Assembly: GCF_004010195.1 (NCBI RefSeq)
Contig: NC_057719.1
Span: 45,564,658 to 45,628,657 of the forward strand
Reading direction: 5' to 3'
DNA: 64,000 nucleotides
From: Chiloscyllium plagiosum
Taxonomy: Eukaryota
Made by a program: the position numbers and the translations under genes. Of this stretch, positions 12,170 through 25,249 are shown piece after piece. Positions within the stretch are counted from its first letter, which is position 1. Every line of letters starts with the position of its first letter. The notes beneath the pieces are model-generated. The model saw nothing but the letters and a program-made list of their open reading frames with translations, was not told the DNA's origin and searched no databases.

Positions 12170-14360
12170 GTACAAGACAAGACAATACAATACAGTACAG
12201 GAACAGCCCCTTTGGTCCACCAAGCCTGCATTAATTCCTAATCTTTCTTTAGACCGAGTACTTATTGCCCTTGCACGGTATTGATCCATCTGTTTGCCTC
12301 CCATTCATGTGTGTATCAAGATATACCTTAAACATGGCTAACATGCTTGCTTCCACCACCTCCATTGGCAGTGCATTCCAGGCACCCCCCACAACCCTCT
12401 GTGTGAAAAATGTTCCACGCACTTTTCCCCTAAACTTTTCCCCTCTCATCTTGAACCTGTGCTCTCTTGTAGTTTAACTTTCCATCTTGGGAAAAAGCCT
12501 CTGACTATCCACCCTATCGATGCCTCTCATAATTTTATAGACCTCCATCAGGTCACCCTTCAACCTCTGTCTTTTCAGTGAAAATAAATAGAGTTTATCC
12601 AATCTCTTCTCATAATTAAAACCCTCGAGACCAGGCAACATCCTGGTAAACTTCTCTGCACAATCTCCAAAGCATCTATATCCTTCTGGTAGTGTGGTGG
12701 CCAGAACTGCACACAATATTCCAAATGTGACCTAATTAAAATTCTGTGCAGCTGTAACATAACTTGCCAACTTTTATATTTTATGCCTCAGCCAATGAAG
12801 GTAAACATACTATATGCCTTCTCGACCACCTTATCCACTTGTGTTTCCACTGCAGGGATCTGTGGACCTGTATACCCAGATCCCTATATATTTAAATGCT
12901 CCTATGGGTTATGCCATTTATTGTATAAACACCTTGCATTTGTCCAGATTAAACTCCATCGGCTATTTCTTTGCCCAAACCTTCAATCTATTTATATCCG
13001 GCTGTATACTTTTGCAGTCCTCATCACCATTTACAATCCTGCCAATTTTGGTGTCATCCTCAATCAGACCACTTACATGTTCCTCCAGATAATTTATATA
13101 TATTACAAGCAACACAGAACCCAGAAGTCAACCTGTGGAAAATCACTAGTTACTGATCTCCACTCCAAAAACCCTTCCACTGCTACTCTCTGTCGTTTAT
13201 GACCAAGCTAGTTTTATATCTATCCAGCCAACTGAACTTACATCCTATAAGATTCTACCTTTTGTACCAGCCTGCCATGAGGTACCTTTGTCAAATGCCT
13301 TACTAAAGTCCATGTAGATAACATCCATTGTTCTTTCATCATTAATCATTCTTGTCATCTCCTCAAACACTCAATCAAGTTGGTGAGACATGACCTTCCC
13401 TGAACAAGTGCATGCTGCCTATCATTAACAAGTTCATACATTTCCAAATGTGAATAAATCCTGTCTCTCAGTATCAACTCCAATAGCTTCCCCCCCCCCC
13501 CCCATCCCCAACTGACATCAGGTTCACCAGCCTATCATTACCTGGATTATCTCTGTTTCCCTTCTCAATCAAGGAAGAACATTGGTCATTCTCCAGTCCT
13601 CTGGAACCTCACCTGAGGCCAAAGAGGATGCAAAGATAAGGCCATAGCTATTTCCTCCCTTGCCTCCCACATAGATCTCATCTGGCCCTGAGGACTTGTC
13701 TACTTGATATATTTCAAGAAACCTAACACTTCCTTCTTCATAATGTTGACCTGCCCAAGAGTATTCACATATCTTTCTCTAAACTCAACATCCCTTATCA
13801 GTGCAAAGTACTCACTAAGGATCTCAGCCATTTCCTCTCGCTCCACACATAACCTCCTGTGGTGAAAGGGTTAAAATTATGTCCCAATACATGTGTGAAT
13901 CTTATTATGAATATGTTACCGGAATGGAAGGTGTTGCTTAGTCTTGCCCTGTTGTTCGCATGAATGTTTAGATCTCGAAAGAGTATATAAGCTGGGAAAG
14001 TCCCCAGTTCGGTAGAGTCTGCTCCGGGTTACGTTTAACCGCCGAGCGTGGGTTGTTGGCAACCGCTCTACGAGAACTGACGGCTCCCAGTTCCGGTAAC
14101 ACGTAGAGTGAGTATAAACCAGACCCGTTGTAAGTATGAGACCTGGTTGAGGCGACACTGCGGGGAATAAAATACTCATATTCTAGCAAACTCGTCTCTT
14201 AGTTCTTTTCTCCTGATCTGTGTCAGACTACTCTCCTGCGAACCCGATCCTTGAGAATTTATAAAACACCTCCCTCCTTTATTGTTAAGGGAACCTACTT
14301 TTTCCCTTGTTACCCTCTTGCTCCTGATATATGTATAAAATGCTTTGGGATTATCCTCAA
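12170..14360 (-). mobile_element. CR1 LINE ORF2, frameshifted, interrupted by a solo LTR
   Basis: Minus ORFs give HLEYCVQFWPPHYQKD, RLKGDLMEVYKIMRGIDRVD and FFTQRVVGGAWNALP; 3' tail lies near 12170-12230. Confidence 0.92.
13858..14268 (+). mobile_element. Solo LTR (411 bp)
   Basis: TGT...ACA termini; exact 5-bp TSD cctcc at 13853-13857 and 14269-14273; TATATAA at 13984; AATAAA at 14166; many CpGs retained. Confidence 0.85.
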
Positions 14361-15669
14361 TCCCAAACTATTCTGAAGAAAGATTACACACCCAGAACAT
14401 TGACTTCTCCACCACCTGATGCCACCTGGCTTACTGTTATGGGGACATCATTCAACTACAACTTGTGAAGGTTTCTAAGATTCTCTCGACTCCATGGGAA
14501 GAACAATAGGGCGGTGTGTACCATGTGCAACCAATTCAAAACTACCATTTCAAAGCTAAAATTACACCAAAATTACTCTAAGATTTCTCAACAACTTTGA
14601 ACGTGATAAAATAAATCTTCTGCAATCTTTGCCACTCCCTCTCTCCACCTCACCTTCACCTGTTGTTTTGGAGAATGAATGGACCTCCTTCACTTTCCGG
14701 TTCATTTGGATGGAAAGTCACAGTTTCCTTAGATCTCTGGTTTTCTGCACAAGTTGGTTAACATGTGAACTCTAAATATCTGAATTAATGTTATTTCTTA
14801 AGAAGGAGCTTATTACCCACTAAGCATCTCAGAAGGTTCTGTACAAAGAGGGTTGTGTGGATTTTTCCTGTGACATTTGACTTCTTTTCCATGGTAACAT
14901 TAACTTTCTGCATCTGTGGTTACATGAATGTTGGCAGCTGTTGCAATACTGAGTGAGTCAGCTGCTTGGAAAAAGATTAATGCCTCTTCCTGCATTTTTA
15001 CTTCCCTAGGAATTTTGAAATTAAACAACTTGGACTAATGTAATTCAAAGGGTGTTTGTCTGGTTCTGTTACAGCTTTCCCAACTTTACTCAGAGTATAA
15101 ACATATGAGGTTATTGCATATGCACTTCTGTCTGTCAGCTCTTGTGAGAAATCTATACAACCCTATAGGAAATGGAGGGGAAACCCTGTGACATTTTTCT
15201 CCTTTTGCAACAGATAAAGCTTTCACACACACATAACAAGTGAAAGGGTTCCAGACATGCAATAAAACTGTCAACAACATGAAGTCCATTATAACTCACA
15301 TCAGAAATGTACTTGCCGCCTTGGTTACTATTTTGGTAACAAACTGGCAACTATAATGTCAGATCAATAAGCAAACTGGGGCTGAAAAGATGGATTTTGT
15401 CACCATATATGTTAAATCTGATGTTATGTTTTACAACCAGACTGCCAGCTATTCCACTGTGATGAGCATCCTTTCTAGACACCTCCCAATACTCTCGTGA
15501 GCCCACTACTCTCTGTTAGGGAGAAACCGGCTGCCTCTAGTGGAAGAAGACCTAACACTCCACCTCACTTTAACATTAGTACACTGCTTCTCTGGAAAAA
15601 GCCACAGCAGAGCTTACTTTAAGAGCTCAGACTGTAGAAGACGGCTTGTGAAATACAGCATTAGCCTGC

Positions 15670-17108
15670 AAGAACATAAGAACTAGGAGCAGGAGTAGTC
15701 CATCTGGCTCTTTCAGTCTGTTCTGCTATTCAATAAGATGAGGCCTGATATTTTTGTGGCCTCAGCTCCACTTACTCACCCTCTCACCATGATCCTTAAT
15801 TTCTTTACTATTCAAAAAATTATCTATCTTAGTTATAAAAACATTCAATGAGGGATTCTCAACTACTTCACTGGGCAGGGAATTCCATAGATTCACAACC
15901 CTTTGGGTGAAGAGGTTCCTCTTCAATTCAGTCCTAAATCTGCTCCCTTTAATTTTGAGTCTATGCCCTCTTGTTCTAGTTTCACCCGCTGATGAAAATA
16001 ACCTCCCTGTTCGTAGCTTTTCTATTCCTTTCATAATTTTATGTGTTTGTATAAGATCCCCCCTCATTCTTCGATATTCCAATGAGTATTCCCAGTCTAC
16101 TCAGTCTCTCCTTATAAGGCAACCCCCTCAACTCCAAAATCAACCTAATGAATCTCTTCTGCACTGTCTCCAGTGCCACTACATCCTTTCTCAAGTAAGG
16201 AGACCAAAACGGCGCACATTATTCCAATGTGGAACTAACCAGTACCCTATACAGCTGCAGCATAACCTCTCTTCTTTTAAAGCTGAAAATGTGTTGCTGG
16301 AAAAGCGCAGCAGGTCAGGCAGCATCCAGGGAACAGGAGAATTGACGTTTCGGACACAAGCCCTTCTTCAGGATTCCTGAAGAAGGGCTTGTGCCCGAAA
16401 TGTCGATTCTCCTGTTCCCTGGATGCTGCCTGACCTGCTGCGTTTTTCCAGCAACACATTTTCAGCTCTGATCGCCAGCATCTGCAGTCCTCACTTTCTC
16501 CTCTCTTCTTTTAAACTCAATCCCTTTAGCAATGAAAGACAAAATTCCATTTGCCTTCTTAATTACCTACTGCACCTTCAAACCAATCTTCTCTGATTCA
16601 TGTACACGGACACCCAGGACCCTCTGCCCAACGGCATGTTTCAATTTTTTACCGTTCAAATAATACTGTTATTCCTACCAAAATGGATGACTTCACATTT
16701 ATTAACATTGTACTCCATCTGCCATACTTTTGTCAATTCACTTAAAGTATCTATGTTCCCCTACAAAGTTTCACATGCCTCTGCACACTTCGGTCTACCA
16801 CTCATCTTAGTGTCATCTGCAAACTTTGACACACTACACATGGTGCCCATCTCCAAATCATCTATGTAAATTGTGAGCAATTGTAGTCCCAACACTGATC
16901 CCTGAGGCATACCATTAGTCACCGATCACCAACTAGAAAAGCGCTCATTTATCCCCACTCTTTGCTTGCTATTAATTAACCAACTCTCTATCCACACTAA
17001 TCCTTGCCCGCAATACTGTGAACCTTTCTCTTATGCAGCACCCTTTTGTGTAGCACCTTGTCAAATAACTTTTGGAAATCCAGAAACACTACATTTCCTG
17101 GGTCCCCA
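15670..17108 (-). mobile_element. CR1 LINE ORF2 3' part
   Basis: Translates to VVFLDFQKLFDKVLHKR, RMRGDLIQTHKIMKG and FTQRVVNLWNSLP; tail begins agaacataagaactaggagcaggagtag. Confidence 0.92.
16282..16500. mobile_element. Penelope family 1 inverted-repeat (hairpin) insertion, hammerhead motif on both strands
   Basis: Two inverted arms meet at ...tcaggattcctga... 15-bp TSD ctctcttcttttaaa at 16267-16281 and 16501-16515. Confidence 0.9.
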
Positions 17109-17589
17109 AGGAACTTGTAGATAGCCACAAACAGTGTTAACCACAAGTGACTAAGAACCAGTGCCTCAGGAGATCTCAACCATCAGTGCAACAGTCATAG
17201 AAAACTCATAACTTATAGTATTGCTCACTATGCCCTGACAGTAGCTGTCAGACACTGTGGCCTTGAAATTTGTCACTTCTGCCTGCTTCCTAGGCCCAGC
17301 TGTGGATTTTGGTGGTATCTTACAAGGAGCTGCAGACCATTGCATTTCACAGGTCACTGACACCTCTTTGTAAGAGTTGGACAGTGCACTCATTTCACAA
17401 TTGGTGCAGATCTAGAAAGCAAAGGGCTTCATTAAAATCAAAACCCAAACAGCAGTGCAGCATCAACTCCACCCAAAGGGGGGAAGAGGTAAAGAAGCAA
17501 CAGCATAATTGTCTAAATGAAGTATATTGCAGTCTAGAGGGGTGAATTTGCATTTGCAGAATTGTATTTGCAGATATACTCAAAAAGCA

Positions 17590-17745
17590 CACAATCTGTA
17601 GGCAATCAATCCATGTGACATTTTATAAGTCCCTACTTTGGAAATATAATCAGTCTGACTCATGATCGGAATACATACAGACTCTAACCTCACACCTTTA
17701 ATGCATTGTCTGAACTGAGATGTCACTTTTTTTTAATAAAACCAT
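17590..17745 (+). mobile_element. Penelope family 2 3'-region fragment
   Basis: ctgaactgagatgtcacttttttttaataaaacc is the reverse complement of 53265-53300. Confidence 0.55.
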
Positions 17746-18429
17746 TTATAGACTCTATGTATCTCACTCTTCCTTCTACTACCTTTAAACTACCCAAATG
17801 ACATTAAAGGGGTCTTTTGGATTCCCTTTCATTCTAGCTGCCTGCCTCTGCTTTCTTCCTCAAATTTATTTTTCCTTTCTCTACTGTTAGCTGGTTCTCA
17901 CCAGACCTATGAACCCTTTACCTTACTGATTACATTTTAGTCCTCCAGGGAGCTCTGGGCTTAGTTGCCCTACCTTTCTGTGCCTCTCATGAGGTGCATC
18001 ATACTATATCTGAACTGTCTTCTCTTCAAAGGTAACCCTTTTAAAACAAAATAACCAACTGTTTGGATGTCTTCTGATACACCTCCATGAACATCACATC
18101 CTAATGAACCTGGACTTTCTGGCCAAGAGGTAGGAATACTACTACCATTCCGTCAGGGCTGTAGAAAATCCATTGTTTGCTTATCATTAGACCATCTTTG
18201 TAAGACATGAAAAACTAATCTATTCTTGTTACCTGAACCATGGTTCATAAATCACTTCACTGAAGAATAGCAGAAGGTCTATTTGTACTTGTACTTTCAG
18301 CATACTTTAACTTCTCCAGTCCACAATGCTTGGGACCAACAGCATAGCTGCTTGTTTCAAGTAACAAATTGCTGGACTGGAGAAGGTGGAATGTATAGGA
18401 TTGTGTTCCCCTTTCACTTTTAATAAAAT

Positions 18430-19518
18430 AGTCATAGAATCATAGAGTCATAGAGATGTACAGCACGGAAACAGATCCTTCGGTCCAACTCATCCATGCC
18501 AACCAGATATCCTTACCTAATCTAGTCCCATTTGTCAGCACTTGGGCCATATCCTTCTAAACCCTTCCTATTCATATACCCATCCAGATGCCTTTTAAAT
18601 GTTGCAATTGTACCAGCCTCCACCACTTCCTCTGGCAGCTCATTTCATGCACACACCACTCTCTGAGAGCTCTTTGGTCCCTTTTATATCTTTCCCTTCT
18701 AACCTAAATCTATGCCCTCTCGTTCTGGACTCCCCCACCTTAGGGAAACAACTGTCTATTTATCCTATACATGCCCCTCATGATTTTATAAACCTCTATG
18801 AGGTCACCCCTCAGCCTTCGACCCTCCAGGGAAAATAGCCCGAACTTATTCAGCCTCTCTCTATTGCTCAAATCCTGGCAACATCCTTGTAGATCTTTTC
18901 TGAACCCTTTCAAGTTTCACAAAATCCTTCTGATAGGAAGGAGATCAGAATTACACACAATATTCCAAAAGTGGCCTAACCAAGAGCTTGTACAGCCACA
19001 ACATGACCTCCCAACTACTGTACTCAGTACTCTAATCAATAAAGGAAAGCATACCAAACGTCTTCTTCACTATCCTATCTACCTGCGACTCTACTTACAA
19101 GGAGCTATGAACCTGCTCTCCAAGGTCTCTTTGTTCAGCAACACTCCCTGGGACCTTACCATTAAGTGTATAACTCCTGCTAAGATTTGCTTTCACAAAA
19201 TGCAGCAACTCGCATTTATTGAAATTAAACTCCATCTGCCATTTCTCAGCCCAGTGGCCCATCTGATCAAGATCCTCTTGTAATCTGAGGTAACCTTCTT
19301 CGCTGTCCACTACACCTCCAACTTTGATGTCATTTGCAAACTTACTAACCGTACCTCCTGAGTTCACATCCAAGTAATTTATATAAAGGACGAAAAGTAG
19401 TGAACCACCAATCTTTGTGGCACCCCACTGGTCACAGGCCTCCAATCTGAAAAACAACCCTCCACTACCACCCTCTGTCTTCCACTTCACAGCCAGTTCT
19501 CTATCCAACTGGCTAGTC
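18430..19518 (-). mobile_element. CR1 (HER1-like) LINE 3' 1.1 kb
   Basis: Minus ORF gives LFVLYINYLDVNSGGTVSKFAND and WAEKWQMEFNFNKCELLHF; (catagagt)n tail at 18430-18455. Confidence 0.92.
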
Positions 19519-19984
19519 ATTTTACAGTTTGTAATTTCCCATTGATTAATATTTTAGATAGAGTCATAGGACAGGCAATGAGCTTGGGAGGCAGTTGCAG
19601 CTACTAATTTATATAATGAAAAACCTCTCAATTTTTTCAGGGGCTAATTTTACTAGTGGCAGAACAGCCCCTGCTACTTTAGAATGCACCAACTTTATGG
19701 AAGCAAAGTAAATTGTCAGTCAGGTAAATTGGGAACTTTGGTTAGTTTGATTAAAATATTTTTTTCACATTTATGATGACTCCAAGAGTAGGGGCGGCTT
19801 GATTTCTAGTGCACACCTCCAGTGGGTTGTACAACTGTTTGCCACTTTTTTTATGTTTTCTAATGAAGTCATTGATCTGAAATGGTAACACTGTTTCTCT
19901 CCATAGATACTGCCAGACCTGTTAACTATTTGTGATCTTATTTCTTTTACAAGTCAAGGCTCTCTTCAGTTCTCTCCAAGTGCC

Positions 19985-20735
19985 TGTTAACTTGACCAGT
20001 ACTGATGTTAAATTTCCCAACCTGCAGTTACTCCGGACAACCTTCCAAACTTCCATGAACAAAGCTGAAAAAATTGGAACTTTCCGAACCTGTGGCACTG
20101 ATCCTCTGAATCTAAGAATTATTGGAAGGTAGTAACAAACTCGACCACTATATACATTCCCACTCTCCTTAGCAACTAGAGATGCAAGTCATCCAGACCA
20201 GTAAACATATCATCCCTCTCTATCTCTATCTCTCTCTAGCAGTCCCTCAAAGGAAGGAGAATGCTTCTCATAGAGAACAGCCCATGGCAAGAGCTTGTGC
20301 ATGGATTCATCTTCTCTAAACCTAAACACTTAAATATCCTATCATTCAATTTGCACGCAATACCTTAGCACCTCCATTCTGACAGATATTTTGGCAGCAT
20401 TCTTTTTATTCATAAATGTTGATATAATCTTTCATTAAGTATCCTTACCTTGCCTTGCTATTCTAAGCATTGATCACCCGCTTTATAACTAATAAGACTA
20501 ATCCCATCTCTCACTATTACATATTATTTACATAATCATAAATATATGTTGATGGCCGTTCCATTCTCATGTTCTCTTCTTGCCAGCCTTATTTTCCTCT
20601 TTACTTCATCTTTTAATTCATTGTATTTAGTCTTGTTTTCATTTGATGGATTCACCGAGCATACATCATATACCTCTTTTATATTTCATGATATTCTCTT
20701 TCTCCTTTATTATCCAGGAGCCCTGGCTTCAGATC
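19985..20735 (-). mobile_element. Old CR1 ORF2 fragment
   Basis: Weak resemblance to antisense CR1 text, e.g. ccttagcaactagagatgcaagtcatccagacc. Confidence 0.5.
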
Positions 20736-20909
20736 CCCTGCTTGGTGAGAATATTAAAGACTACTTAAATAATATTCATGCTTCATATATAAATATGTTT
20801 ATGTGACAAATGGATGATGCACAGTCTTCTGGATCTTTTTTTTAAGTTAATTTTTTAAAATTTGTTTTTCCATTGCTTTATCCTCAGCATCGGAAATTAT
20901 TTCATATAT

Positions 20910-22580
20910 GAGCCCAGCACATCAGTGCAAAAGATAAGGCTGAAGCTTTTGCAGCAATCTTCAGCCAGAAGTGCCCAGTGGATGATCCTTCTCAGCCTCT
21001 TCCAGTAGTCTCCAGCATCACAGATATCAGTCTTCAGCCAATTCAAATCTCTCCACATGATATCAAGAAGTGGATGGAGACATTGGGTACTGCAAAAGCT
21101 GTGGACCTTGACAACATTTCCGCAACAGTACTGAAGACTTGTGCTCGAGAAGGTGCCACTCCCTTAGCCGAGCTATCCCAATGCAGTAACAACACTGGTC
21201 CCTATCCTACAATGTGGAAAATTGCCTAAGTATGAAAAAAACTAGGACAAACCCGGCCAATTACCGCCCCATCAGTCTACTCTGGATCATCAGTAAAGTA
21301 ATAGACAACAATGCTATCAAGCAGCACCTGCTCAGCTATAACCTGCTCCGTGACATCCAGTTTGGGCTCTGCTGGGGCTATTCAGTTCCTGACTTCATTA
21401 CAGCCTTGGTTCAAACAAGGACAAAAGAGCCAAAGTCCAGAGGTGAGGTGTAAGTGACATTCCTTGACATCAAGGCTGCATTTGACCAAGTGTGGAATGA
21501 AGGAAACCTAGCAAAACTGGCATCAATGGGTACCAGGGCACAAACTCGCAGATGGTTGAACTCCAATCTGACACATAGAAAGATGGTCGTGGTTGTTGGA
21601 GGTCAGTCATCTCAGCTCCAGGACAGCTCTATAGGTGTTCCTCAGGGTAGTGTCCTCGGCCTATACACCTTCAGCTATTTCATCAATGACCTTCCCTCCA
21701 AATCAGAGTGGGGATGTTCGCTGATGACTGCACATTCGCAACTACTCAGATACTGAAGCAGTCCATTAAAATTCAACAAAACCTGGACAATATCGAAGCT
21801 TGGCCTGACAAGTGGAAGTAACATTCATGCCACACAAATGCCAGGCTATGACCATCACCAATATGAGACAATCTAACCACTGCCACTTGGCATTCAATGA
21901 TGTTACCATCACTGAATCCCCCACTATCAACATCCTGGAGGTTATCATTGACCAGAACTTAATTGAACTCAGCACATAAACACAGTGACTACAAGAGCAG
22001 GTCAGAAGCTAGGAATACTGCGAAGAATAACTCACCTCCTGACTTCTCAAAGCCTGTCCATCATCTACAAAGCATGAGACAGGAGTTTGATGGCATGGTC
22101 CCCACTTGCCTGGATGACTGCAACAACACACAAGAAGCTTGACATCATCCAGGACAAAGCAGTCCACTTGATTGGCTTTACATCCATCAGCATCCACTCC
22201 CTCCACCACTGATGCTCAGTAGCAGCAGTGTGTACTATGTAAAAGATGCACTGCAGAAATTCACCAAAGATCCTCGGAAAGCACCTTCCAAACCCATGAC
22301 CACTTCCATCTAGAAGGACAAGAGTAGCAGATGTATGGGAACACCATCACCTTCAAGTTTCCCTCCTAGCCACTCCTAGCCTGACTTGAAAATATATCAC
22401 CGTTCCTTCACTGTCACTGTGTCAAAATCCTGGGATACCCTCCTTAATGGCACTTTGGGTCAACCCACAGCAGGTGGACTGCAATGGTTCAAGAAGGCCA
22501 CTCACCACCACCTTCTCAAGGGCAACTAGGAATGGTCAGCGAGCGACGCCCACATCCCACAAAATGAATAAAACAAAAAT
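20910..22580 (+). mobile_element. CR1-clade LINE (family B), RT and 3' end, disrupted
   Basis: Translates to NPANYRPISLL, QFGL, FLDIKAAFDQVW and GVPQGSVLG...FINDLPS; ends aatgaataaaacaaaaa. Confidence 0.9.
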
Positions 22581-23299
22581 GTCAGCATGTCCTGTCCAAT
22601 GATTTAATCCTTAATTTATGATTGAAGATTACTTACAATAAGTATTTCAATAATAAGTAATGTGTAAAATGTGTAATTAAGACTATTTATCTTTAAATGA
22701 CCCCTGCCAACCAAAACTGTAGAGTACTTTTAGAATTGACTCCAGTTAAACATAAAACTGAAATATTCCCTTGGTGGGAGAATGAATGTACAGAAACATA
22801 TCAAGAGCTATAATTATATATTTCTAACTGGATTGTCTGGTCCAATTTCCAACAGTAATGTCACTTCTTGCCTTCGCAGGTGGATTCCCTCAAGGTTATT
22901 TTTTCAAATGTTAATAAATTCAGATTTCTTAACTCTCTTTTGACATTCAGAGATTGCTGTCAGAGTTCAACTGTTCACATGAAAATAGTTCTCCTTTTAC
23001 AAGAAATTCAAGTGTCACAAACAACTTACAAACACACCCTCCTCAAGCTCAAATATGCTTACTCTGGTGAATCTTCGCGTACACTTCGGTAGAATGGACA
23101 CAGTACAAGTGGCAGGACTTGGCAACAGAAACAAAGGGCAGACCCCTTCGAGAATGGGAGATAGATAGAGGTTAGTTGGGCACCAATACAGGATTTGGGA
23201 ACTCTTTGGAAACAAGGTTCTACCTAGAGTAGCAATAAACGTGCTCATACTTGTCAGATTTCCTTAAGACAGCGTAAGTCATTAGCTGAGAATGGGAAC

Positions 23300-23512
23300 T
23301 GAAAAATGTGTTGCTGGAAAAGCGCAGCAGGTCAGGCAGCATCCAAGGAGCAGGAGAATTGACGTTTCGGGCATAAGCCCTTCTTCAGGAAGAAGGACTT
23401 ATGCCCAAAACGTCGATTCTCCTGTTCCTTGGATGCTGCCTGACCTGCTGCGCTTTTCCAGCAACACATTTTTCAGCTCTGATCTCCAGCACCTGCAGTC
23501 CTCACCTTCTCC
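23300..23512. mobile_element. Penelope family 1 hairpin insertion
   Basis: Inverted arms; intact minus-strand motif CTGAAGAAGGGCttatGCCCGAAACGTC. 17-bp TSD tagctgagaatgggaac at 23283-23299 and 23513-23529. Confidence 0.9.
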
Positions 23513-23684
23513 TAGCTGAGAATGGGAACCCCATTCAACTCATGCATGCAATAATGTCTATAATGGTTCATGGCTTTGAAAGCATGAACTCCTGCAATGA
23601 GAGAGCAACAACCTTATGGAGAGGCCTATGCATCAGCACACTGAGTTGTTGCAGGAAGCATACACTAATGTTTAGGAGCAGATC

Positions 23685-24897
23685 ATACTGAAGACCTGTG
23701 CTCCAGAATTAGCTGGCCTTAGACAAACTGTTCCAGTACAGTAACATTGCCTGCCAATGTGGAAAATTATCCTGGTGGCCTGTCCACAAAAAAGCAAGAT
23801 AAATGCAATGGACCAATTAAATTCTTATCAGTCTACTCTCAACCATCAGCAAAGTGAGGGCCAGGATTGTTGTCAGTTCTATCAAACAGCACTGGCTGAG
23901 CAATAACCTGCTGCTGATTCTGTTTGGGTTCTGCCTCGACCACTCAACTCCTGACTTCATTACAGCCTTTGTCCAAACAAGGAAAAAATATTGAATTCCA
24001 AAGGTGAGGTGAGAGTGACTGCCCTTGACATCAAGGAAGCATTTGTTTGAGAATACTATCTAGGAAGTCCAAAGAAGCTGGAATCAATGGGATTTGGGGA
24101 AAACCCTTCACTGGTTGGAGTCATTATTGGCATAAAGATTGATGGTTGTCGATGTTCGGTGTCAAACATTGCTGTAAGAACTCTCTATAAGAGTTTCTTA
24201 GGATAGTGCCCTAGGCTTAAACCTCTTCAACTACTTTATCAATGACCTTTCTTCCACCATAAGGTCAAAGTTGGAACTTTTGCTGATAAATTTACAATGT
24301 TCAGCACTGTTCACAACTCCTCAGATACTGAAGCAGTTTATGATCCTATGAAGCAAGATTTGTGCAACATACAGGCTTGAGCTGACAAGTGGCAAGTAAC
24401 ATTTATTCCACACAAATGTCATCTCCACAAAGAGAACCTAACCAACACCTATTGTCATTCAATAACATTGCCATCACTGACTCTCCAACTATTAACATCC
24501 TGGGGGTTACTATTGATCATGAACTGAACTGTACTAGTTAGATGAGTATTACAACTACAAGAGCAGGTCAGAGGCCAAGAATCTTGCAGTTAGTAACGAA
24601 CTCCCTGACTTCCCAAAGCCTGTCTCCCTATTACAAGGCACATCAGAAATGTGATGGAAAGCTCTACATCCCTGGAAGGGTGTAATTACAACAACACTTG
24701 AGAAGCTCAATATAATCAAAGACAAAGCAACTGGAAAGATTGGCTCTACATTAGGTCTTTTCACCACCAACTCACTGTGGTGGCTATATGTATCATCTAC
24801 AAGATGCATGGCAACAACTTACCCAACACCTTCTAGCAAGAAGGACAAGGGGAACAAATGCACTGGAACACCACCACTTGCAAGTTCATCTTCAAGA
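23685..24897 (+). mobile_element. CR1-clade LINE (family B), older copy
   Basis: Collinear with 21130-22360 (gcccttgacatcaagg; atcaatgacctt; gacaagtggcaagtaacatt). Confidence 0.85.
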
Positions 24898-25018
24898 AGG
24901 GATCTGATGGTGAGTGGATCTGTTGTAGAAGGGGATATGATGATAAGTGAATCTGATGATGGAGGATCTAGTGGTAAATGTGAATCTGATGGTGATAGAG
25001 GATCTGATGGTAAGAGTG
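24898..25018. repeat. Degenerate ~18-bp tandem repeat (gatctgatggtgatag-like)
   Basis: The unit (g/a)atctgatg(g/a)tg recurs about 6 times. Confidence 0.7.
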
Positions 25019-25249
25019 TATCTACTCCAAGTTGTCTCTTCAATGGAGATCAAAGTGAATTCAAGACCAAGTCACTCCTCATGGGTTTGAAGTGTTCAGC
25101 TGAAATGTGCCTGGATTAGATGATTCCTGATAATGATGACATCTTTGGGCCTTTTCACTAGACACTGGCACCTTCTATGTTTGGCATCTTCTGCCTTCTC
25201 CAATGAGATGTACATTCTAATTCTTCACCCTCTTTAAGGTCCAGAACTG

